Assembly: GCA_964016885.1 (NCBI GenBank)
Contig: OZ024745.1
Location: 11,160,001-11,224,000 of the forward strand
Origin: Eledone cirrhosa
Taxonomy: Eukaryota
DNA length: 64,000 nt
Reading direction: 5' to 3'
In this document: positions 16,716 to 26,800 of the stretch, piece by piece
Layout of the letters: each line of letters opens with the position of its first letter
How positions within the stretch are numbered: the first letter of the stretch is position 1
Notes under the pieces: model-generated
Told to the model about the DNA's origin: nothing
Databases searched by the model: none
Seen by the model: only the letters and a program-made list of their open reading frames with translations
Translations under genes and position numbers: made by a program

Positions 16716-16805
16716 AGCACTGCCTATACACCAATTTGTTTACACTTTGCAATTGATCATCGCTGTTTTCATATGAAAGTGTGGCATAACAATTTTTTGA
16801 AGATG

Positions 16806-16845
16806 TTTAGGTGGGACATGGTGCAGAAAAGGTCGGGAAGCACTG
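16806..16845 (-). mobile_element. Possible hAT/Charlie-type MITE terminus
   Basis: Minus strand from 16845 reads CAGTGCTTCCCGACCTTTTCTGCACCATG, resembling CAGTGNTTCCCAACCTTTT termini of hAT MITEs. No partner end is seen in the window. Confidence 0.4.
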
Positions 16846-17023
16846 CTGTAAACGAACTATACTGTCACAGGATTTCTACGGTATTTTTATCTATACTTCT
16901 GAGAAAACAGATTTATCACTTATATGTAAGTTCGCTTGCTTGCTCAGAATAGTAGCAGCTGTATAGAGACAGCCATTCATTATCCAACACTATTATCGCA
17001 TTTTCTCTTCAAGTTATCCTTAC

Positions 17024-17076
17024 CATTTTCCTCTATAGCAGCTTTTGCCTGATTTTCGATGTCTTTAAATAATCGA
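17024..17076 (-). CDS. Candidate exon (53 nt) of unknown minus-strand gene
   Basis: Acceptor ttttttctaattcctgtaatatcag, donor G|gtaagg. Reads RLFKDIENQAKAAIEEN in phase 2, or DYLKTSKIRQKLL* in phase 1. Confidence 0.4.
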
Positions 17077-17219
17077 CTGATATTACAGGAATTAGAAAAA
17101 AACAGTTATCTTATTTTGTGCCAGCAATTTTGGAGAGAGAGAAAGATTTCTATTGTTGAAGTCATTTAGCTACAAAGTGGTTTAAGTTTTGGTAGATTTC
17201 GTCTTAAATATTCTTTAAC

Positions 17220-17268
17220 CATTTAATGTTTGTTTTAGATGTATAATAGAAAATGTCCAGTCACGGAT
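17220..17268 (-). CDS. Weak candidate exon (49 nt)
   Basis: Acceptor tctctaaacctag, donor G|gttaaa; IRDWTFSIIHLKQTLN, phase 0 to 1, bridging the 21.8-kb and 17.0-kb candidates. Confidence 0.2.
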
Positions 17269-17643
17269 CTAGGTTTAGAGATGTGAGAAACTCCCACTTT
17301 TTGTATTTATATATCTATGCATACATCCCTTGTGCATGAGTGTGTGCATCACACACTTTTACTCACATATACACACACATTCCTTATTAGCTTAGTAACA
17401 CCCCCCCCCACACACACAAACACATTCTTACGCACGTGCACAAGTATAGCTCTTTTTACAAAACAGTTTTTTTTTCCATTTCAGGTAGACGCGTTCCATC
17501 ATCCACTTTTCTAAAAAACCAAACGCCAGCACCAACAGTTTTACAAGAGATGTCAACATGAATGGACCTGTTATTTTTATCTAACAACATTTTTTCCAAT
17601 TCCATCCCGCCCGTCCCCTCAAACTATCTTATTTCTCATTCTT

Positions 17644-17679
17644 TCTTCTGACGAAGGACTAGCGTCCGAAACGTTAAGA
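17644..17679 (+). ncRNA. Minimal type-I hammerhead ribozyme motif (Penelope-type)
   Basis: UCUU-CUGACGA-A-GGAC(UAGC)GUCC-GAAAC-GUU-AAGA: conserved core, 4-bp stem II, 4-bp stem I, loopless palindromic stem III (dimer type). Confidence 0.7.
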
Positions 17680-17763
17680 CCCTCTTCCTGCTATATCAAG
17701 CATTAACCTAATATATCCCTTCCTATACTGTACCGATTGTGTTGTTATTTCTGTTTACCCTTT

Positions 17764-17800
<37 letters not shown>

Positions 17801-18036
17801 GTATATTGGAGGGGTAGGCTCTCCTTTGTTTTCAACACCCACGAAACACCGTATGTTACGACGGTGCACCTCAATATATATATTAGGATTGGTGCTCTGA
17901 AATAGCGATGAATGTATGTATAGTATATTTGGCAATATACCGTATTTTAATTAAAAAACATTTAGAAGACCATACGCTATTGGTTTTAACATAGTGACTA
18001 TGTCACTTACTTCTTTTCGGTGAAAGAAGGGAGAGA

Positions 18037-18078
18037 AGCTGACAGTCTGTTTCACGCTGGTTGGCGTTCACCAGAGCC
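18037..18078 (-). ncRNA. Type-I hammerhead motif with a core A6G change
   Basis: GGCU-CUGGUGA-ACGC(CAACCA)GCGU-GAAACA(GAC)UGUC-AGCU. All three stems form, but the core is CUGGUGA rather than CUGANGA. Confidence 0.6.
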
Positions 18079-18111
18079 ACGTACTCCCCTGCTTCCGCCA
18101 AGAATCCAGTG

Positions 18112-18171
<60 letters not shown>

Positions 18172-18205
18172 CTGATCATCTGTACATCTATTTATCTACT
18201 GACTA

Positions 18206-18240
<35 letters not shown>

Positions 18241-18246
<6 letters not shown>

Positions 18247-18386
18247 CGAAACATAAGTCAATTGCATGAACTCATAATCCTTTATTTACTGGTATATATA
18301 TTTCGATGATAGCCATTGAATGGCTATGACCTCATCAGGCAGTTAGTCAGTTCTTAGATATGCCAGCTCTGTGTTTATAGTGTTGA
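18241..18386 (-). mobile_element. Hammerhead-bearing dispersed repeat between (TA)n tracts
   Basis: ~145 bp nearly identical to 41868-42013. Confidence 0.8.
18288..18343 (-). ncRNA. Type-I hammerhead motif, copy 1 of a dispersed element
   Basis: ACUGC-CUGAUGA-GGUCAUAGCCAU(UCA)AUGGCUAUCAUC-GAAA-UAUAUA-UA-CCAGU, then AAAUAAA; one stem I mismatch. Confidence 0.65.
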
Positions 18387-18709
18387 GACATATATATATA
18401 TATAAATGGAAAAAATGAAATTTCATTTCTCACTCTTAGTACGGCTGATACTTAAATATAAGTATGTATACGTACATACATATATGTATACAGACGTACA
18501 GTAGTATGTATATACATACATGCACACATATATATATGTACGTATGGGTTTACCATATATATGTTGATCATCTATATATATCTATGTCTGTTTACATATT
18601 TTCGTTTTTGATCTCTTTTCTTTCCTTTTATACATTACTTTCTTTCTCCCTTTTTATCTTTCCATTAAACTTTATCATTTTATACTGTTTCTCCTCTACT
18701 CTAACTCAT

Positions 18710-19330
18710 CTATAACACCACCTCCTCTATAACACCCACTCACAACACCACCTCCTCTATAACACCTCCCTCATACTACCACCTCCTCTACAACACCTAC
18801 TTCGCAACACCACCTCCTCTATAACACTACCTCACAACACCACCTCCTCTATAACACCTACCTCACACTACCATCTCCTCTATAACACCTACCTCACACT
18901 ACCACCTCCTCTATAACACCTCCCTCACACTACCACCTCCTCTATAACACCTACCTCACAACACCACCTCCTCTATAACACCTACCTCACACTACCACCT
19001 CCTCTATAACACCTCCCTCACACTACCACCTCCTCTATAACACCCCCCTCACACTATCACCTCTATAACACCTACCTCACAACACCACCTTCTCTATAAC
19101 ACCCCCTCACACTACCACCTCCTCTATAACACCCCCCTCACACTACCACCTCCTCTATAACAGCCCCCTCACACTACCACCTCCTCTATAACACCTCCCT
19201 CGCAACACCACCGCCTCTATAACCCCCCTCCCCACCCCTTATATACCCCCTTCATCACACTACCACCGTCTCTATACGCCTCTCCTCCCTCACAATACCA
19301 CCTCCTCTATAACACCTCCCTCACAACCCC
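18710..19330. repeat. 31-bp minisatellite (~20 units)
   Basis: Unit CTACCACCTCCTCTATAACACCT(A/C)CCTCACA; period 31 (18901 vs 18932). Confidence 0.9.
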
Positions 19331-19499
19331 CCTATTTACCCCCCACCCCTCAATACCCCCTCCCTCACAGTCAACCTTTCTACATCTTTAACTTCAATCC
19401 GTTATATTTTCCTCCTCTTTAAACTCTTCGTTTTAATCTCGTTTTTATTTGCTGAGTTATTTGAGGATATTCTGTTATAATGACAAACTATGTATGGTT

Positions 19500-19603
19500 C
19501 TGTGGAGTGGGAGGGGCACCGTAGGGACATACCGTATTTCTAGGACATGTTTTTAAAACCTGGAGGAGCTCATCTCCTCTCCAGATCTGAATACAGCAGA
19601 GAA

Positions 19604-19605
<2 letters not shown>
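19500..19605 (-). mobile_element. Dispersed element end related to the 51-bp array left flank
   Basis: Minus strand TTCAGATCTGGAGAGGAGATGAGCTCCTCCAGGTTTTAAA...ATACGGTATGTCCCTACGGTGCCCCTCCCAC resembles 23843-23920; abuts (TA)n. Confidence 0.5.
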
Positions 19606-19636
<31 letters not shown>

Positions 19637-19639
<3 letters not shown>

Positions 19640-20320
19640 GAAAATAAAATTAATGTAAGCAAAATGCCAACAATAATTCAGGTATAGAAGTGACTATACC
19701 ATCATGATGAACAACTATTTAATGTAAGGTGAGGGAAAAGTAATACAATCTTAATTCAAAACAAATCAAGAAGAAAAACTTTATCATCAAACTTTGTGTA
19801 AGTTGGGGAAAAAAGCAATACAATCTTAATTCAAAATAAAATCAACAAGTAATACTAAACCGTCAATTTGGGGAAAACTACAAATTCACTATATAGTCTT
19901 AAAAGACGATTTCACGAAACTTTTCAGTGGGGTTAGTCACGGTTGGAACCAATCTTCAGTAGTGCTCAACACATTTACTAAATTACCACTGCTAAAATGC
20001 CGAGGGGGAAAAAAATAATCAACTGGGAGTTAAAACCAGGCAAGCGAACAACGTGTAGAAATGAAATAACAAAACAACACGTGAGCACAAACTAATAATA
20101 GCGAGATGAGAAAGCAGTTTACAAGAAACAACAGTCAAAACATTCCGAAAAAACTCAACAAAAATATCGAGTTCAGCATAAGCAATATTATCGCAGTCTT
20201 TTTTAAAATATTAGTAGCACTCAAGGAAAAACCGAGTATATATATATAAATGAAAATAAAATTAATGTAAACAAAATGCTAACAATAATTCAGGTATACA
20301 AGTGACTATACCATCAGATG
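19637..20320. repeat. ~75-bp direct repeat pair (19637-19710 and 20248-20320), each starting at (TA)n
   Basis: AAATGAAAATAAAATTAATGTAA.CAAAATGC.AACAATAATTCAGGTATA.AAGTGACTATACCATCA occurs twice. Confidence 0.85.
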
Positions 20321-20371
<51 letters not shown>

Positions 20372-20384
20372 CGAGAGAGAGTGA

Positions 20385-21796
20385 GACTGGTACTTTTTTT
20401 TTTATCAACCTCGAATTGGCAAAATTGACCTCGGCGGGATTTGAACTGAGAAAGAAGAAAGCCGAAACAAATACCGCTCTACAATTCTATCTGACGTTCT
20501 AACAACTATACCAGTCTATCTGACGCTCTAACCACTCTACCATTCTATCTGACGTTCTAACAACTATACCAGTCTATCTGACGTTCTAACTACTCTACAA
20601 TTCTATCTGACGTTCTAACCACTCTACCATTCTATCTGACGTTCTAACCACTCTACCATTCTATCTGACGCTCTAACCACTCTACCATTCTATCTGACGT
20701 TCTAACCACTCTACAATTCTATCTGACGTTCTAACAACTATACCATTCTATCTGACGCTCTAACCACTCTACCATTCTATCTGACGTTCTAACCACTCTA
20801 CCATTCTATCTGACGTTCTAACCACTCTACAATTCTATCTGACGTTCTAACAACTATACCATTCTATCTGACGCTCTAACCACTCTACCATTCTATCTGA
20901 CGTTCTAACCACTCTACCATTCTATCTGACGTTCTAACCACTCTACAATTCTATCTGACGTTCTAACAACTATACCATTCTATCTGACGCTCTAACCACT
21001 CTACCATTCTATCTGACGTTCTAACCACTCTACCATTCTATCTGACGTTCTAACCACTCTACAATTCTATCTGACGTTCTAACAACTATACCATTCTATC
21101 TGACGCTCTAACCACTCTACCATTCTATCTGACGTTCTAACCACTCTACAATTCTATCTGACGTTCTAACCACTCTACCATTCTATCTGACGTTCTAACC
21201 ACTCACCCATTCTATCTGACGTTCTAACCACTCCGCCATTCTATCTGACGTTCTAACCACTCTACCATTCTATCTGACGTTCTAACCACTCTACCATTCT
21301 ATCTGACGTTCTAACCACTCTACCATTCTATCTGACGTTCTAACCACTCCGCCATTCTATCTGACGTTCTAACCACTCTACCATTCTATCTGACGTTCTA
21401 ACCACTCTACCATTCTATCTGACGTTCTAACCACTCTACCATTCTATCTGACGTTCTAACCACTCCGCCATTCTATCTGACGTTCTAACCACTCTACCAT
21501 TCTATCTGACGTTCTAACCACTCTACCATTCTATCTGACGTTCTAACCACTCTACCATTCTATCTGACATTCTAACCACTCACCCATTCTATCTGACGTT
21601 CTAACCACTCCGACATTCTATCTGACGTTCTAACCACTCTACCATTCTATCTGAGGTTCTAACCACTCCGCCATTCTATCTGACGTTCTAACCACTCTAC
21701 CATTCTGTCTGACGTTCTAACCACTCCGCCATTCTATCTGACGTTCTAACCACTCTACCATTCTGTCTGACGTTCTAACAACTCTGCCAAACTAAC
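20385..21796 (-). mobile_element. tRNA-derived SINE split by a minisatellite
   Basis: 20400-20478 has the reverse-strand SINE core (GACCTCGGCGGGATTTGAACT, B-box-like GTTCAAATCC). The head remnant (CTAACAACTCTGCCAAAC) resumes at ~21775-21795. Confidence 0.7.
20478..21785. repeat. 29-bp minisatellite (~45 units) with 116-bp (4-mer) higher order
   Basis: Unit TTCTATCTGACGTTCTAACCACTCTACCA; the CAACTATA variant recurs at 20735, 20851, 20967 and 21083. Confidence 0.95.
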
Positions 21797-21876
21797 TTCA
21801 TGTGGAAATATTGATGGAGTTGACTGTTTACTTAGCTTCTTGTTGTAATACAGATGTTGGAAGAGAGAAGCGATGC
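21797..21876 (-). CDS. Candidate exon (80 nt)
   Basis: Acceptor tttccacacttttatag, donor GAA|gttagt; (G)IASLFQHLYYNKKLSKQSTPSIFPHE, phase 1 to 0. Confidence 0.4.
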
Positions 21877-22194
21877 CTATAAAAGTGTGGAAACTGTCAA
21901 ATAGATTATCATTGAGGAAAATATAATGTTTGCTTAGCAAGTTGGATATATAATGAGAGGAGGGAAAGAGAATGAATCACTGATGTAGCACTGAGTACGA
22001 TATATGCACAAACAACTAATGTAGCATCTAATTACTGTTGCAAGTGAATTGTATAGCACAAAGCAGATATCTAGCGCCTCATAATGTGTTCAAATTGATA
22101 TATCATCAAAGGAAAAGATTCTGATAAAAGAGTGAATTCTACAGAAGTATAACTGTTTAGAGTTTATTCTAAAGTATTAACCAGTCCTCGATAC

Positions 22195-22259
22195 CTTTAG
22201 AAGATGTACAATAAGAGAGAAAGATGGACGGATAACGTTTGAATTCAGTCCTGTTTGTA
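22195..22259 (-). CDS. Candidate exon (65 nt)
   Basis: Acceptor tttactgtatcatttcag, donor AAAG|gtatcg; TNRTEFKRYPSIFLSYCTSSK, phase 2 to 1. Confidence 0.4.
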
Positions 22260-23111
22260 CTGAAATGATACAGTAAATATATAGAGAAATCCAAGCCGTT
22301 ATTTGATTTTCAACTTAAAAAGTGGGAATAAAATCATTTTCGTTTTTTTTTTCTCAAATGGAGTTTAATATAATGAAAACTGATAATTATTCTTTGCACA
22401 AAAATGGTGCAGAGTAAAAATTAAGATTGTCAAGTCAGAGTGAACCTGTTTTGGTCTCCTGTTGACACACTTTTACAGCATACAGCCATTATATATGTAA
22501 ATATATATTACAAAGAGTCTTACTTTTTTATTTTTGCTTACGTAATTATTATTGTTTGTTAGCAACACTTACTCCGTGGTGTTCTCGGGATGGTATTACT
22601 AATGATGAGCAGTAGTGCTGTGATTAATGCACCCTCAGAATTACATTGATCCCTGCGACAACGAATACAGGTGCCTTGATAGAGTCCTAGGTCAAGCGCA
22701 GACCGAGGTTGAACACCTGGCATCTAGAAATCTTCCTGGTCCTCAGATTACTTTACATGTTGGATAACGTGACCAACGACCATCATAGGAGGGTTTCAAT
22801 GACAATGGCCTCTGAGCGGCTCCGGGCGTTGACAAAGACAATTTAAGTACTTCATGTAAATGATTTCAGTTCAAGACCAGCTCTTCATGTACGGGAATGC
22901 CAACAAACTTATCTCAGATGTGCGTACGCTGACGAAACCACCCTCCACACTATTACTTAGTGCTTGTACACTGCAGAGTTGCTAGTGCTCTATAGAAAAC
23001 CTAAACGTAATTTAGTCTGTAGGAGAGCCGACAGACTGTTTTAGTAGAAATGTTTCATTTTCTACCTCGATGGTCATCTTGTAGGCATTGCAACGATGAA
23101 TGTCTCCTAGA

Positions 23112-23260
23112 GGTTGTTGTTGTTTAACCCCAGGTCTGACTTTATTAAGCAAATCTGTGGTCAACGGCATTCTACCTTTGCCAAGAAGTATAACCTAGAC
23201 TACATTATATGAGGTATTTCTTTATGAAGGAGTTTTAGCTGCCATTTCTAGTAGTTCGGT
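23112..23260 (-). mobile_element. Degraded SINE-like repeat with (CAA)n tail
   Basis: GTTGTTGTTGTTTAACCCCAGGTC...GGTCAACGGCATTCTA resembles, from memory, a common octopus SINE in reverse. Confidence 0.35.
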
Positions 23261-23419
23261 GATTACGTAATGGTAATTTTTCTACTGTCGTAACGGAGTT
23301 GCTAGCAAACTATTCAGGAATTTTGAGGTTGTGGGTAGACACAAAACGATGTTGGTACCGGTCACCCGTGATCGGTCCCTGGTTAAACTCTATTGCTATT
23401 TAAAGTAGATGGTATAGAA

Positions 23420-23545
23420 CAGCAGAATTAGCAGAGTCATTAAAACGTTGGATAAAATGTTTTGTGGTTTAAGTTTTGACTCTCTGAGTTCAAATCCCGC
23501 CGAGGTCAACCTTGCCTTTCATTCTTTCGGAGTCGGTAAAGAATC
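23420..23545 (+). mobile_element. tRNA-derived SINE fragment
   Basis: CTGAGTTCAAATCCCGCCGAGGTCAACCTTGCCTTTCATTCTTTCGGAGTCG, the same core as 39770-39830. Confidence 0.85.
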
Positions 23546-23559
23546 AGTGAAATACGGGT

Positions 23560-23825
23560 CGAGTCTTCCTCTAAATCTCTTTCTTTCTCTCAAACCACCC
23601 CTCTCTCTCTTCCTCTCTCCCCTCTTCTATACCACGCCTCTCTCTCTCTTTCTCCTTTCCTCTCTTCCTTTCTCTCTCCCTTTCTCTCTACAACCCTCTC
23701 TCTCTTTCTCCTTTCCTCGCTCCCTTTCTCCTGCCCTTTCTCTCTCTCTTCCTCTCTATCACCCCTCTCTCTCTTTCTTTCTCTCTCTTCTTTCCTCTCT
23801 CCCCTCCTCACCCCCTCCTCTCTCT
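23560..23825. repeat. CT-rich low-complexity tract
   Basis: Degenerate (CT)n / CTTT polypyrimidine run. Confidence 0.9.
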
Positions 23826-23882
23826 GGAAGAAGTCGTCTGAGTTCAGACCTGGAGATGGACTCCACCAAGTTTTAAATGAGC

Positions 23883-26800
23883 AAGACACACTGTATATCC
23901 ACACTGTATACCCCCCCCCACCAGGAGTTAGGGGTCTAACACACACTGTATATCTACACGGCACTCCTCCACCAGGGGTTAGGGGACCAACACACGCTGT
24001 ATATCTACACGGCACCCCTCCACCAGGAGTTAGGGGTCTAACACACACTGTATATCTACACGACACCACTCCACCAGGGGATAGAGGTCTAACACACACT
24101 GTATATCTACACGGCACCACTCCACCAGGGGATAGAGGTCTAACACACACTATATATCTACACGGCACCACTCCACCAGGAGTTAGGGGTCTAAGACACA
24201 CTGTATATCTACACGGCACCACTCCACCAGGGGATAGAGGTCTAACACACACTGTATATCTACACGGCACCACTACACCAGGAGTTGGGGGCCTAACACA
24301 CACTGTATATCTACACGGCACCCCTCCACCAGGAGTTAGGGGTCTAACACACACTGTATATCTATACGACACCACTCCACCAGGGGATAGAGGTCTAACA
24401 CACACTGTATATCTACACGGCACCACTCCACCAGGGGATAGAGGTCTAACACACGCTGTATATCTACACGGCACCACTCCACCAGGAGTTAGGGGACCAA
24501 GACACACTGTATATCTACACGCCCCCCCCACCAGAAGTTAGGGGTCTAACACACACTGTATATCTACACGGCACCCCTCCACCAGGAGTTAGGGGTCTAA
24601 GACACACTGTATATCTACACGGCACCCCTCCACCAGGAGTTAGGGGTATATCACACACTGTATATCTACACGGCACCCCTCCACCAGGAGTTAGGGGTCT
24701 AACACACACTGTATATCTACACCGCACCCCTCCACCAGGGGTTAGGGGTCTAAGACACACTGTATATCTACACGGCACCCCTCCACCAGGAGTTAGTGGA
24801 CCAACACACCCTGTATATCTACACAGCACCCCTCCACCAGGAGTTAGGGGTCTAACACACACTGTATATCTACACGGCACCACTCCACCAGGAGTTAGGG
24901 GACCAAGACACAGTGTATATCTACACGGCACCACTCCACCAGGAGTTAGAGGTCTAAGACACACTGTATATCTACACAGCACCACTCCACCAGGAGTTAG
25001 GGGTCTAACACACACTGTATATCTACACGGCACCACTCCACCAGGAGTTAGGGGTCTAACACACACTGTATATCTACACGGCACCACTCCACCAGGAGTT
25101 AGGGGACCAAGGCACACTGTATATCTACACGACACCACTCCACCAGGATTTAGGGGTCTAACACACATTGTATATCTACACGCCCCCCCCCACAAGGAGT
25201 TAGGGGTCTAACACACACTGTATATCTACACGACACCACTACACCAGGATTTAGGGGTCTAACACACACTGTATATCTACACGGCACCCCTCCACCAGGA
25301 GTTATGGGTCTAACACACACTGTATATCTACACGACACCACTCCACCAGGAGTTAGGGGTCTAACACACACTGTATATCTACACGGCACAACTCCACCAG
25401 GAGTTAGGGTCTAAGACACACTGTATATCTACACGGCACCCCCCACCAGGAGTTAGGGGTCTAAGACACACTGTATATCTACACGGCACCACTCCACCAG
25501 GAGTTAGGGGTCTAAGACACACTGTATATCTACACGGCACCACTCCACCAGGAGTTAGGCGACCAAGGCACACTGTATATCTACACTCCACCACTCCACC
25601 AGGATTTAGGGGTCTAACACACATTGTATATCTACACGCCCCCCCTCCCCACAAGGAGTTAGGGGTCTAACACACACTGTATATCTACACGACACCACTA
25701 CACCAGGAGTTGGGGGTCTAACACACACTGTATATCTACACGGCACGACTCCACCAGGAGTTAGGGTCTAAGACACACTGTATATCTACACGGCACCCCC
25801 CACCAGGAGTTATGGGTCTAACACACACTGTATATCTACACGACACCACTCCACCAGGAGTTAGGGGTCTAACACACACTGTATATCTACACGGCACGAC
25901 TCCACCAGGAGTTAGGGTCTAACACACACTGTATATCTACACGGCACCACCCACCAGGAGTTAGGGGTCTAAGATACACTGTATATCTACACGCCCCCCC
26001 CCCACCAGGAGTCAGGGGTCTAACACACACTGTATATCTACACTGTATACCCCTCCACCAGGAGTTAGGGTCTAACACACACTGTATATCTACACGGCAC
26101 CCCTCCACCAGGAGTTGGGGGACCAAGACACACTGTATATCTACACGGCACCACTCCACCAGGAGTTAGGGGTCTAAGACACACTGTATATCTACACGGC
26201 ACCACTCAACCAGGAGTTAGGGGTCTAACACACACTGTATATCTACACGGCACCACTCCACCAGGAGTTAGGGGACCAAACACACTGTATATCTACACGA
26301 CACCACTCCACCAGGAGTTAGGGGTCTAACACACACTGTATATCTACACGACACCCCCCACCAGGAGTTAGGGGTCTAAGACACACTGTATATCTACACG
26401 GCACCACTCCACCAGGAGTTAGGGGTCTAAGACACACTGTATATCTACACGGCACCCCCCACCAGGAGGTAGGGGTCTAACACACACTGTATATCTACAC
26501 GGCACCGCTCCACCAGGAGTTAGGGGTCTAAGACACACTGTATATCTACACAGCACGACTCCACCAGGAGTTAGGGGTCTAAGACACACTGTATATCTAC
26601 ACGGCACCCCTCCACCAGGAGTTAGGGGACCAACACACCCTGTATATCTACACAGCACCCCTCCACCAGGAGTTAGGGGTCTAACACACACTGTATATCT
26701 ACACGGCACCACTCCACCAGGAGTTAGGGGACCAAGACACAGTGTATATCTACACGGCACCACTCCACCAGGAGTTAGAGGTCTAAGACACACTGTATAT

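Noticed and set aside
16870-16925. Plus-strand exon-like segment (cacag|GATTTC...TAT|gtaagt)
   Set aside because: No supporting plus-strand partners found. It shows that chance exon-like signals occur here, which is why confidence in the minus-strand model is modest.
1-16952. Long Cys/His-rich repeat ORFs (up to 912 aa) resembling zinc-finger arrays
   Set aside because: By-product of an 81-bp unit: two frames are open at once, frameshifts and stops are scattered, and there is no C2H2 spacing or TGEKP linker.
19905-19966. Possible minus-strand hammerhead (CUGAAGA...GAAA)
   Set aside because: Stems I and II do not pair convincingly; at most a heavily decayed copy.
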